Source: Paracoccaceae bacterium (GTDB lineage: Bacteria > Pseudomonadota > Alphaproteobacteria > Rhodobacterales > Rhodobacteraceae). From it: 64,000 nucleotides of DNA. Both the position numbers and the translations under genes were made by a program. The DNA lies in the NCBI GenBank assembly GCA_027489375.1, contig JAIXZW010000009.1, positions 8,461 to 72,460 of the forward strand. Direction: 5' to 3'. Below are positions 45,631 to 54,907 of the stretch, piece after piece. The notes below the pieces were generated by a model. That model searched no databases. It saw only the letters and a program-made list of their open reading frames with translations, and was not told the DNA's origin. Every line of letters starts with the position of its first letter. Positions within the stretch are counted from its first letter, which is position 1.

Positions 45631-46434
45631 ATGAAAGATCTGCTTCTGACGACAGCTCTCATAAGCCTGATCGCGGCTGCGCCGATCCATGCCCAGACGA
45701 CCGACAACACCACGGACGGGACGACGGCGACCGATGCGGGGAATGCGACCGACACCGGAAACGCGACCACCGACACCACGACCGATACGGCGACCGATAC
45801 GGCGACCGACATGGACACCACGGCCATGATCACCCCGCCCGAAGGCTATACGCAGTATGAAACCGCCGCGCTGACGGTCGACGACCTGAAGGGCGCCACG
45901 ATCTATGACGCCAACGGCGAATCCGTCGGGGCCATTTCGGATGTGGTGATGGCTTCGACCACCACCGGCACCGCCACGACCGAAAGTGCCGATGCGACGA
46001 CCGGCACCGATGCGACCGGCGACGTGGTTGACCCGAACGCCGATCCCGGCCCGACGGCGAGCACGACCGATGGCACTGCCGAGGGCGACACCGGCGCGGA
46101 AGTGAACGTGGACGGGCAATTGAGCCACGTCGTCCTTGACGTGGGTGGGTTCCTTGGCATCGGCGCGCATACCGTCGCCGTTCCGATGGAAGCGCTTCAG
46201 GTGTTCCGCGATGCGAACGAGGATGTCCGCGTCTATCTGCCGTGGACGCAGGCGCAGCTTGAGGCTTTGCCGGAATACGACGCCGACGATCCGGCCACGC
46301 TTGGCACGGCAGACGGCACGGCGGGCACTTCGGGCGATCTGACGACCGGCACCGGCTCGACGACTTCGACCGACAATTCCATGTCGACGGGTGATGCCAC
46401 GTCGACCGACAATTCGACCTCGACCGACAACTGA
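45631..46434 (+). CDS. secreted PRC-barrel domain protein with Thr/Asp-rich low-complexity regions
   Basis: Signal peptide MKDLLLTTALISLIAAAPIHAQ. The PRC-barrel core is DLKGATIYDANGESVGAISDVV ... VVLDVGGFLGIGAHTVAVPMEAL, interrupted by a T/D/G-rich insert. Confidence 0.75.
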   Translation: MKDLLLTTALISLIAAAPIHAQTTDNTTDGTTATDAGNATDTGNATTDTTTDTATDTATDMDTTAMITPPEGYTQYETAALTVDDLKGATIYDANGESVGAISDVVMASTTTGTATTESADATTGTDATGDVVDPNADPGPTASTTDGTAEGDTGAEVNVDGQLSHVVLDVGGFLGIGAHTVAVPMEALQVFRDANEDVRVYLPWTQAQLEALPEYDADDPATLGTADGTAGTSGDLTTGTGSTTSTDNSMSTGDATSTDNSTSTDN

Positions 46435-46445
46435 CCGGGACAGGG

Positions 46446-46471
46446 GTGGCCCCGAAAGGGGCCGCTTCCTT
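46446..46471 (+). terminator. probable terminator hairpin (GAAA tetraloop)
   Basis: GTGGCCCC-GAAA-GGGGCCGC, followed by TTCCTT. Confidence 0.5.
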
Positions 46472-46794
46472 GCGTGTCGATGTGGCGGCCCCGGTGGGGC
46501 CGCCGTTTCCCATTCCGGCGGGAGGAGGCGGCGGATGCGGGCGCGGCTGGCCGGGATGAAGCGGGCCATCGAAAAGCGCAAGGCCGACGCGCCGGTCGAA
46601 GTGACCGGAAAGGCCGCCGAAACCGCCGTGGTCGCAAGCGGGAAACCGCAACCGCGGGGCGGGCGGCGCGGACGGAGTTAAAGCAAGGCAAACTTTGGGT
46701 TTTCTGGCGGGACCGGGCCGTTGGCAGGCGGAACAAATCGGCCCGCCTGTGGCTTAGTCCGGCACCTGAGATACTCCGAAGGAGGAACGGAAAG

Positions 46795-47190
46795 ATGGCT
46801 GAGGACAACAAGCGGGGCGGCGGCAGCTCGGAGCGCGGGTTCGCCTCGATGGACCCCGAAAAGCAGCGCGAGATCGCGTCGAAGGGCGGGTCGGAATCGC
46901 CGGGCAATTTCAAGAATGACCCCGAGCGGGCGGCAGAGGCCGGACGCAAGGGCGGCGAGATGTCGGGCGGGAACTTCAAGAACGACCCCGAGCGGGCGGC
47001 AGAGGCCGGACGCAAGGGCGGCGAGGTTTCGGGCGGCAACTTCAAGAACGACCCCCAGCGCGCGGCGGAAGCCGGTCGCAAGGGGGGCGAGGAGTCCGGC
47101 GGCAACTTCAAGAACGACCGCGAGCGGGCTTCGGAGGCCGGACGCAAGGGCGGCCAGCATTCCGGCGGCGGCAATCGTGGCGGCAAGTAA
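46795..47190 (+). CDS. KGG-repeat general stress protein (YciG/GsiB-like)
   Basis: Four copies of GNFKNDPERAAEAGRKGG. An RBS (GGAGGAA) is present. Confidence 0.85.
   Translation: MAEDNKRGGGSSERGFASMDPEKQREIASKGGSESPGNFKNDPERAAEAGRKGGEMSGGNFKNDPERAAEAGRKGGEVSGGNFKNDPQRAAEAGRKGGEESGGNFKNDRERASEAGRKGGQHSGGGNRGGK
46903..47166 (+). repeat. 4 x 66-bp in-frame tandem repeat (22-aa KGG units)
   Basis: Units start at 46903, 46969, 47035 and 47101. They are near-identical at the DNA level. Confidence 0.9.
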
Positions 47191-47212
47191 GCTGACGGTC
47201 TGACGGATGGAC

Positions 47213-47244
47213 CCCCCGCCTTGGCAACAGGGCGGGGGTTTTCC
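47213..47244 (+). terminator. rho-independent terminator
   Basis: CCCCCGCC / GGCGGGGG stem with a 10-nt loop, followed by TTTT. Confidence 0.85.
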
Positions 47245-47588
47245 TTTGGCGGAACAGGCGGCGGCGGGGGGCGTTCGGGTGGGGTGCAGATGGAGGAAGA
47301 CATGGCGGATCGTGGACCGAGTTTCGGCAAGGCCTTGCCGTTCCTGCTGGCGCTTTCGGCGGTGAAGGCCGCCCGCCGTGCTGCGGGGCCGGAACCCCGC
47401 GGGACGCGGCGGGTTGGCGGGGGAGTGGAAATGCCCTGATCCTGTGGGAAGAGGAGGCGCGCGGGCTGCAAGGTCCGCGCGTTCGCATCATGCGGGAATG
47501 CGAGGAATACACTTAAAGATTTTGTAATCGGCCCTGCATTCGCCTAATTTGGCGCGGTGTTCCGTTGCCGTCGTAGCTGGTTTGCGTG

Positions 47589-50500
47589 ATGATCCTTGCC
47601 TATCGCCCGCTTGATCCTTTGTTGGCAACCCAATGGGATTCCGTCGGTATCGGCACCTTTGGCCGGTTCGTCACTGGCGATGCACTGGGCGGACTTGAAC
47701 GGATCTGGGCGGATTACCGCGGGGTCGGGATTTCGGTCGGAGTCTGGGATGACGGGATCGAATCGGGGCATTGGGACCTTGCGCCGAACTACGATTCCTC
47801 GATGGAAATCACGATTCAGGGCACGTTGAACGACGGGGAAGCGACATCGGCCGACGATGCCCACGGCACGTCGGTGGCGGGCCTGATCGCGGCGGATGAC
47901 AACGGGCGGGGCGGGGTCGGGATCGCCTTTGACGCGACGATCACGGGGGTGAAGATCTTCGGCGGGGCGGATGACATCAACCGCAACTGGGACCGTTACC
48001 TGCAAACGCTTGAGCACCTTTCCGATTTCGACGTCACCAACCACAGCTACAACTACCCCGTCCCCGATTTTTACGCCTATGACGATGTTGCGCTGTTCGA
48101 GCAGTCGCTGGTGTCGGGGCGCGGCGGGCTTGGGACGATCAACGTCAAGGCGGCGGGGAACGCGGGGCTGAACGGGGCGGGCTTTGCGATCGACGCGTCG
48201 CGCGCGACGATCACGGTGGCTGCGACGATCGGCGGCGCGGTTGCGTCCTATTCGAATTACGGGACGCATATTCTGGTATCGGCACCTGCGGTCGGCCTTA
48301 CGACGGACAGGATCGGGACGCCCGGATATGGCGGATACTGGACCGAGCCGGATTACACCGGCGCTTTTGGCGGAACCTCGGCCGCGACGCCGGTGGTTTC
48401 GGGTGTCATCGCGCTGATGCTGGATGCGGATGAAGGGTTGGGCTGGCGCGATGTCCAGAACATCCTGGCCTATTCGTCGATGGGCACGGGCAGCTACGAG
48501 AGCGGGGCCGTCAGCACCGAATATGGCAAATGGTTCTTCAACGCGGCCACGACATCGAACGGGCGGGGGCTGCATTACAGTCTCGACTATGGCTTCGGGC
48601 TGGTGAACGCCTTTGCCGCGGTGCGGATGGCCGAGGTCTGGCGCTTGACGCAGGGCGGGACGGCGGAGACTTCGGCCAACGAGGCGAAGGCGGAGACGAA
48701 GATCACGGGGCTTGCCATCGGGACCGGCAACGGGTCGGTGGTGAGCTATTCCTTTACCGTGGCGGAGAATGTCAGTCTTGAACACGTCAGTCTTTGGGTA
48801 AGGCTGACACATGGCGATCTGGGAGAGTTGACCATCAGGCTGGTGTCGCCCTCGGGCACCGAAATCGAGGTGTTCAAAGGGGCGACGGGTAACGGGATCA
48901 ACGGGCTTCCCGACGGGTATAGTTTCGGGATCGAAGGGTTCCGCGGCGAGACAAGCGCCGGACAATGGACGCTGAAGATCACGGACAAGGCGGGCTCGTC
49001 CACCGGATTGCTGCAGGAGGTCGGGTTCACGGGATATGGCAGCGCCGATACGGTCAACGATGTCTACCACTTTACCCAGGATGTCTGGGAATATGCGAAC
49101 CCCGGCCGATTTACCGATGCGGACGGAGGGAGCGACTGGATCGACGCCTCGGCGCTGACGGGCAATCTGCGGCTCGACCTCGTGCAGGGCCTCTTTTTCC
49201 GGAACGGCAGCCTGTTTTCGGTATCGGCCAGCGGCGCGGTGGTCGAAAATGCGACAGGCGGGGACGGGAACGATACGCTGCTCGGCACGGCGGGGGACAA
49301 TACGCTGGCGGGGATGCGGGGGGACGATTTCCTTGTCGGGGGGGCGGGGGCGGATACGGCGTGGTTCACGGGCGTTCTGGCCGATTATGCCCTGACGGCG
49401 ACGGAGGGGGTCGTGACCGTCACCTCGGCCACGGGGCGGTTCGGGGTCGATACGATGATCGGCATGGATTTCGCGCAGTTCGGCGACGTGTTGCTGAACC
49501 TGCGGACGCTGTTTCCCGACACGGCGGCACCGGCCAGTCTGGCAAGGCCGCTGGAATACATGCTGTTTGCGGATGTGCGCTATTTTTCCTTTACCTTCAG
49601 CGAGTGGATTCTGGCCGGATCGGGGCCGATCAACATCCACACTTCCGACGGGTCGATCTGGCGGAGCTTTGCCGCAAACGCGCCCGAGGTGCGGATCGAA
49701 GGGGCGTCGCTGACGGTCTTTACGGGCACCAGCCTTGCTTATCGAACGGACTATTACGTGACCTTTGGCGAGGGGGCGATCACCGACCAGTCCGGCAATG
49801 CGATGGCGCCGTGGGGATCGCCCGGGACGACCGCCTTCACCACGGCACCGGAGATGCCCTTTCGGGACGCTTACGGGCTGGACAGCATCGGGGCGACCCG
49901 CGGGGCCGACCTTATCTACGGGCAGGAGGGGAATGACGCCATCTACGGCGGTCAGGGCGACGACACGGCCATCGGTGGCGTGGGGGCCGATACGATCTGG
50001 GGTGCGGCGGGGGATGATGTCTACCTTGTCGCCGACGCCTCGGACCGCGTGATCGAGGAGGCGGGGGGTGGTTACGACGTGGTCTGGGCCACCGGAAACC
50101 ACGCGCTGATGGGGGCGAATGTCGAGGAGATGCTGTTCTACGGCACCGGAAACTTTAGCGGTCAGGGCGGGACGACGGCGAACCGCATCGTCGGCGGGAC
50201 CGGGCATGACACGCTTTACGGGATGGAGGGGAATGACACGCTTTCCGGCGGGGCGGGAGATGACCGGCTGTCGGGCGGGCGGGGCGCGGATGTGCTGGAG
50301 GGCGGCGCGGGGGCGGATGTCTTCGTCTTTGCGCATCGCCGCGAGGCGGGGACGCCGGACGCGCCGGATATCATTTCCGATTTCGAGCGCGGCACGGATC
50401 TTGTCGATCTGAGAGGCGTGGATGCGGATGCGATCCTGCCGGAGCGGCAGGCCTTTGCCGGTGCGCCGGTATCGGAATTCACGGGTGTGGCCGGACAGTT

Positions 50501-50624
50501 GCGGATCAGCGCCGATGCGGGCGGTGTGACCGTTTCGGGCGATGCGGACGGGGACGGCATCGCGGACTTTGCCATCAGGGTGGAGCAGGTCACGACGCTG
50601 GCTGCGGGAGATTTTCTGCTTTAG
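47589..50624 (+). CDS. S8 subtilase with kexin-type P-domain, RTX calcium-binding repeats and Ig-like domain (T1SS substrate), paralog 1
   Basis: Catalytic triad contexts are VGVWDDG, DAHGTSVAGLIAADDN and GGTSAATPVVSGVIALM. P-domain: LEHVSLWVRLTHGDLGELTIRLVSPSGTEIEV...GETSAGQWTLKITDKA. GGxGxD repeats are present. There is no signal peptide or prodomain. The C-terminus reads ...LAAGDFLL. Confidence 0.85.
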   Translation: MILAYRPLDPLLATQWDSVGIGTFGRFVTGDALGGLERIWADYRGVGISVGVWDDGIESGHWDLAPNYDSSMEITIQGTLNDGEATSADDAHGTSVAGLIAADDNGRGGVGIAFDATITGVKIFGGADDINRNWDRYLQTLEHLSDFDVTNHSYNYPVPDFYAYDDVALFEQSLVSGRGGLGTINVKAAGNAGLNGAGFAIDASRATITVAATIGGAVASYSNYGTHILVSAPAVGLTTDRIGTPGYGGYWTEPDYTGAFGGTSAATPVVSGVIALMLDADEGLGWRDVQNILAYSSMGTGSYESGAVSTEYGKWFFNAATTSNGRGLHYSLDYGFGLVNAFAAVRMAEVWRLTQGGTAETSANEAKAETKITGLAIGTGNGSVVSYSFTVAENVSLEHVSLWVRLTHGDLGELTIRLVSPSGTEIEVFKGATGNGINGLPDGYSFGIEGFRGETSAGQWTLKITDKAGSSTGLLQEVGFTGYGSADTVNDVYHFTQDVWEYANPGRFTDADGGSDWIDASALTGNLRLDLVQGLFFRNGSLFSVSASGAVVENATGGDGNDTLLGTAGDNTLAGMRGDDFLVGGAGADTAWFTGVLADYALTATEGVVTVTSATGRFGVDTMIGMDFAQFGDVLLNLRTLFPDTAAPASLARPLEYMLFADVRYFSFTFSEWILAGSGPINIHTSDGSIWRSFAANAPEVRIEGASLTVFTGTSLAYRTDYYVTFGEGAITDQSGNAMAPWGSPGTTAFTTAPEMPFRDAYGLDSIGATRGADLIYGQEGNDAIYGGQGDDTAIGGVGADTIWGAAGDDVYLVADASDRVIEEAGGGYDVVWATGNHALMGANVEEMLFYGTGNFSGQGGTTANRIVGGTGHDTLYGMEGNDTLSGGAGDDRLSGGRGADVLEGGAGADVFVFAHRREAGTPDAPDIISDFERGTDLVDLRGVDADAILPERQAFAGAPVSEFTGVAGQLRISADAGGVTVSGDADGDGIADFAIRVEQVTTLAAGDFLL

Positions 50625-50835
50625 CGGGAATTCGGCGACCCGTTTGCAGGGCCGCTTGCGCCTTTCGCGAGGATTGCGCGGGGCGCTTGGCTGCCTACCC
50701 ATCCGAAAGGTTGGAATGTAGCTGAAATTGCAAAATGATTTCATTTTGCGAACACAAAGGCTGCAGCAAAATAACTTATTCCAAAGGCATTGGAGGGAGG
50801 CTGAGTCCGTCCCTTCTGCTGCCAACGGAAAACCC

Positions 50836-53800
50836 ATGCTGAAAACCTATCGTCCTACCGATCCTTTGCTGTCGACGCAGTGGCACCTGTTCGACATCGG
50901 CCGTCTCGGCTTTGTCCAGACCGACGGGCTGGGCGGGCTGGAACGGATCTGGGCGGACTATCGGGGTGCGGGGGTTTCGGTCGGCGTCTGGGACGATGGC
51001 GTGCAATCGGGGCACTGGGACCTTGCCGCGAATTACGATGCGTCGAAGGAGATCACGGTCAACGGCACGCTGAACCCCGGCGAGCCGACAGCGACGGCGG
51101 ACAACCACGGAACGGCGGTGGCCGGCCTGATCGCGGCGGATGACAACGGGCGGGGCGGCGTGGGTGTCGCGCCGGACGTGAAGATCACCGGCATCAAGAT
51201 CTTTGGCGGGGCGGATGACATCAACGCCAACTGGTCGCGCTATCTGCTGACGCTGGACAATCTGGGCCGCTTTGCTGTCACGAACCACAGCTACGGGTCG
51301 GACCCCGACTTCGATGTCTATGGCGATACGGCGAAATTCGATGCCTCGGTCGTGTCGGGGCGCGGCGGGCTTGGGACGATCAACGTCAAGGCCGCCGGAA
51401 ACGACAATCTGGACGGGATCGGCACGGCCTCCGATGCGTCGCGCAGCACGCTGAACGTGGCGGCGCTGACCTCGGACGGGCAGGTGGCGAGCTATTCGAG
51501 CTATGGGGCGCACATCCTCGTCTCGGCGCCCGCGGGGGCGGTCACGACGGACCGGACGGGGACTGTCGGTTACAATTCGGCCACGGACGGGGATTATACA
51601 TCGACCTTTGGCGGCACCTCGGCGGCGACGCCGGTGGTGACGGGGGTGGTGTCGCTGATGCTCGACGCCAATGCCGGATTGGGATGGCGCGACGTGCAGG
51701 CCATCCTTGCCTATTCGGCGCAGGGCACCGGCAGTCTGGTGACGGGAACGACGACGAACGAGAGTTCGAGCTGGCGCTTCAACGGGGCGGCCAACTGGAA
51801 CGGCGGCGGGCTGCACTTTTCCAACGATTACGGCTTCGGCATCGTGAACGCCCATGCGGCAGTACGGATGTCAGAGGTCTGGACGCTGCTGCAAGGCGGG
51901 GCGGCGACTTCGGCCAACGAGGCGAAAGCGCAGACCGGAACGCTGGCGGTGAACCGCGCGATCACCGACAACGCGACGATGACCTACAGTTTCACGGTGG
52001 CCGGCGTGGTGGAGCTGGAGCATGTGGGGCTGACGCTGAACTTCACGCATTCGGACATGACCGATCTGCGCATCGTTCTGGTGTCGCCCAACGGGACCGA
52101 GATCACGGTGTTCGACGGGTCCTCGGCCAACCCCACGACATCCGACTACGGATTGACCTATACCTTCGGGCTTGAAGGGTTCCGCGGCGAGACGAGCAAC
52201 GGCACCTGGACCCTGCGGATCAGCGATGTCGCTGCGGCGGATACGGGGGTTCTGACCTCGGTCGGGTTCACCGGCTACGGATCGTCGGAGACGGTGAACG
52301 ACGTGTATCACTACACCGACGAGGTGCTGTTCACGCAGGGCCGTCTGGCGGGACGGGTGACGCTGGCGGACACGGATGGCGGCACCGACTGGATCGACGC
52401 GGCCCCGATGTGGAAGAACCTGTCGCTCGACCTGCGGGCGGGGGCGACATCGACGCTGGGCGGGACGGCCTTTCTGACCATCGCGGCGGGAACGGTGATC
52501 GAGAATGCGGTGGGGGGTGACGGCAACGACACCATCACCGGCAACGATGGCGACAACAACATCGCGGGGATGCGCGGCGACGACCAGCTGTCCGGCGGAG
52601 CCGGCACGGACACGGCGTGGTTCTTCGGTCTGGTGTCGGACTATACCCTTGTCGCGGCGGACGGGGGGATCACCGTCACGTCGATCGGCGGCGGTTACGG
52701 CATCGACGTGCTGATCGGTTTCGAATTCGCGCGGTTCGATGACATCCTGCTCGAGCTTGGTTCTGCATTCGTGGACGAAACGGCGCCTTCGGTCACGGGC
52801 TACGGCATCGGCGGCGGGACCGAGTTCGTCGATCCTTCGGGCAATATCGTGCTGACCTTCTCGGAGACGGTGGCGGCGGGCAGCGGGTCGTTCGGATTGT
52901 ACCGTGCCGACGGGACGCTGGTGGAAAGCTTTGCCGCGACTTCGGCTGCGGTGACGGTTTCGGGCCGGACGGTGACGATCGACCCCACCGCAATGCTGGA
53001 AACCGGCACGGGCTATTACATCGGTATCGGCACGGGGGCGGTGACGGACCTTTCGGACAATGCGGTCGGGGCATGGGGGTCGCCGGAGACCAGCGCGTTC
53101 GAGACCCGGCCTGCGGGGAATTTCATCGCAGGCAACGGTCTGGGCAACCGGCTGGCGGGAACAGCGGCTTCGGACTTCCTGCTCGGGCTGGGGGGGAACG
53201 ACTCTCTCATCGGCGGGATCGGGGATGATACGCTGCATGGCGGGGCCGGAAACGACACGATGGCGGGCGGTCTGGGCAACGATGCGTTCTATGTCGATTC
53301 CATCGCGGATCTCGTGGCGGAGGGGCGGAATTCCGGCTTCGATACGGTGCGCACCACGCTGGCGAGCTATCTGATGGGCAACAACGTCGAGGCGCTTGTC
53401 TACGAGGGAGACGCCAAGTTCACCGGCAGGGGCAATGCGCTGTCCAACAGCATCACCGGCGGCGACGGCAATGACGCGCTGTTCGGCGAAAAGGGCAATG
53501 ACACGCTTTATGGCCGGGACGGGGCCGACGAATTGCGCGGCGGTCTGGGTGTGGACCAGATGTTCGGCGGGGCAGGCGCGGACCGCTTCGTCTTTACCCT
53601 GCGGACCGACGCGGGCACGCTGCTGGCACCCGATGCGATCATGGATTTCGAACGCGGGGCCGATCATGTCGACCTGTCGATGATGGATGCCAATACGGTC
53701 ACGGCCTATCGTCAGGCCTTTGCCGGCGAGGTGGTCGATGCCTTCAGCGGGGTCGCCGGACAGTTGCGGGTCAGCGCCACCGAGGGCGGGGTGATCGTCG

Positions 53801-53889
53801 CAGGCGACCTGAACGGCGACAAACTGGCCGACTTCGCCATCAAGGTCATGGGTGTCGATGCGCTGACGGCGGATGATTTCCTGTTCTAG
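50836..53889 (+). CDS. S8 subtilase with kexin-type P-domain, RTX repeats and Ig-like domain (T1SS substrate), paralog 2
   Basis: Same architecture as paralog 1: VGVWDDG, DNHGTAVAGLIAADDN and GGTSAATPVVTGVVSLM. P-domain: LEHVGLTLNFTHSDMTDLRIVLVSPNGTEITV...GETSNGTWTLRISDVA. The C-terminus reads ...LTADDFLF. The start was set at ATG 50836 (MLKTYRPTDPLL). Confidence 0.85.
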   Translation: MLKTYRPTDPLLSTQWHLFDIGRLGFVQTDGLGGLERIWADYRGAGVSVGVWDDGVQSGHWDLAANYDASKEITVNGTLNPGEPTATADNHGTAVAGLIAADDNGRGGVGVAPDVKITGIKIFGGADDINANWSRYLLTLDNLGRFAVTNHSYGSDPDFDVYGDTAKFDASVVSGRGGLGTINVKAAGNDNLDGIGTASDASRSTLNVAALTSDGQVASYSSYGAHILVSAPAGAVTTDRTGTVGYNSATDGDYTSTFGGTSAATPVVTGVVSLMLDANAGLGWRDVQAILAYSAQGTGSLVTGTTTNESSSWRFNGAANWNGGGLHFSNDYGFGIVNAHAAVRMSEVWTLLQGGAATSANEAKAQTGTLAVNRAITDNATMTYSFTVAGVVELEHVGLTLNFTHSDMTDLRIVLVSPNGTEITVFDGSSANPTTSDYGLTYTFGLEGFRGETSNGTWTLRISDVAAADTGVLTSVGFTGYGSSETVNDVYHYTDEVLFTQGRLAGRVTLADTDGGTDWIDAAPMWKNLSLDLRAGATSTLGGTAFLTIAAGTVIENAVGGDGNDTITGNDGDNNIAGMRGDDQLSGGAGTDTAWFFGLVSDYTLVAADGGITVTSIGGGYGIDVLIGFEFARFDDILLELGSAFVDETAPSVTGYGIGGGTEFVDPSGNIVLTFSETVAAGSGSFGLYRADGTLVESFAATSAAVTVSGRTVTIDPTAMLETGTGYYIGIGTGAVTDLSDNAVGAWGSPETSAFETRPAGNFIAGNGLGNRLAGTAASDFLLGLGGNDSLIGGIGDDTLHGGAGNDTMAGGLGNDAFYVDSIADLVAEGRNSGFDTVRTTLASYLMGNNVEALVYEGDAKFTGRGNALSNSITGGDGNDALFGEKGNDTLYGRDGADELRGGLGVDQMFGGAGADRFVFTLRTDAGTLLAPDAIMDFERGADHVDLSMMDANTVTAYRQAFAGEVVDAFSGVAGQLRVSATEGGVIVAGDLNGDKLADFAIKVMGVDALTADDFLF

Positions 53890-54232
53890 CCCCGGGGATG
53901 GCCGATCTCGTTGCCCGTCAGTGGGCCACGGGATCGGGCAGGGGGAGTTCGATGATCCGGCGGCCATAACCGTGGCCGGTGCCGGATATGAACCTGCGGG
54001 GCAACATGGTGCTTCCCGTGGCGGATATGCGCTTTCCGCCGTGCCCGAACGCCATACGGGGGTGGCGCGGTCGGAGAAGCCCTTTGATCCCCATGCCGTG
54101 GCCGAAGCCTTGGGGCGGAGGTTGGCGGCGGGCAGATGCTGCATTGCAGCAATCGCATGGCAAGGTTGCTCTCATGGCGGATGTGGCGACGGCGCGGCAG
54201 GCTTATCTATGCGCCAGTTCAGGAGAGCAGAG

Positions 54233-54403
54233 ATGCCCAAGCAAGCCGAAATCCGCAAACAACCCGCAGCACTGGCCGCCGCACTGGCCGGCGCACTGGC
54301 CGAGGATGCGCTGGTCTATTTCAACCCGTCCGCCCCCGTGGCCAAGGCCGAGCGCGCAGGCAAGCTTACGCCGCTTGACGAGATGTATGCCTATTACCGT
54401 TAA
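54233..54403 (+). CDS. 56-aa hypothetical protein
   Basis: MPKQAEIRKQPAALAAALAGALAEDALVYFNPSAPVAKAERAGKLTPLDEMYAYYR. An RBS (AGGAGAG) lies 5 nt upstream. GC3 is about 70%. It contains a 12-bp x3 repeat (54269-54304). Confidence 0.45.
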   Translation: MPKQAEIRKQPAALAAALAGALAEDALVYFNPSAPVAKAERAGKLTPLDEMYAYYR

Positions 54404-54519
54404 AGCTGTCAAAGCGGGAGTTTTTCCTCTGGCACCCCGCTGGCAGAAGCGGTTAATCATCAAGTACGGGTTGAACGGCGGTTTGCGCCGGCCGTGGCAG
54501 AGTTTGCGGAGGTGCCGGT

Positions 54520-54867
54520 ATGGAGTTGCTTGATTTCGCGATCATCGACGAGGTGCGGGACGCCTTGGGCGACGAGGCCTATCGCGGCTATGCCGAACGG
54601 ATGCTGACGGAAATGCACGGGGTTTCGCCCGCTCTGGACGCGCATCTGCGCGCCGGAGAGTTCGAGGCACTGGCGCAGGCCGCGCATCGTGCGGCGGGAT
54701 CGGCGGTATCGGTCGGGGCGAAGGGGTTGCACGCGGCCCTGAAGCGGATCGAGGATGTTGCACGCCAGGCGGATGCCGGAACGGCCCTGCCCCCGCTGGT
54801 CGCCGGACTGGCCGGGACAGTGGGTGCAACCGAAGCGGCCCTTGATGCGTTGACGGGCGGCGCGTGA
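54520..54867 (+). CDS. stand-alone Hpt (histidine phosphotransfer) domain protein
   Basis: EFEALAQAAHRAAGSAVSVGAKGLHAALKRIE matches the Hpt motif AHxLKGSSxxxGAxxL. An RBS (GGAGGTG) is present. Confidence 0.7.
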   Translation: MELLDFAIIDEVRDALGDEAYRGYAERMLTEMHGVSPALDAHLRAGEFEALAQAAHRAAGSAVSVGAKGLHAALKRIEDVARQADAGTALPPLVAGLAGTVGATEAALDALTGGA

Positions 54868-54907
54868 AGACGGATGCCGCGCCAGGGACGACTTTAGGAG
54901 AATGACG

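Noticed and set aside
43840-46581. 913-aa minus-strand ORF across the katE remnant, yciF-like and PRC-barrel genes
   Set aside because: It is a shadow ORF. The plus strand carries RBS-preceded genes with clear family motifs and terminators.
46730-46756. GGAAC upstream of the KGG stress gene as an EcfG promoter
   Set aside because: The -10 position reads GGCTTA (GCTT at N17), not CGTT or GTT. A GGAAC alone is too weak as evidence, although KGG proteins are typical GSR members.
47544-54144. Very long minus-strand ORFs (1097 aa, 359 aa, 757 aa) opposite the S8/RTX genes
   Set aside because: They are antisense frames of GGxGxD-repeat-rich genes. Their translations are Arg/Pro/Gly-rich, whereas the plus-strand products have complete catalytic and P-domain motifs.
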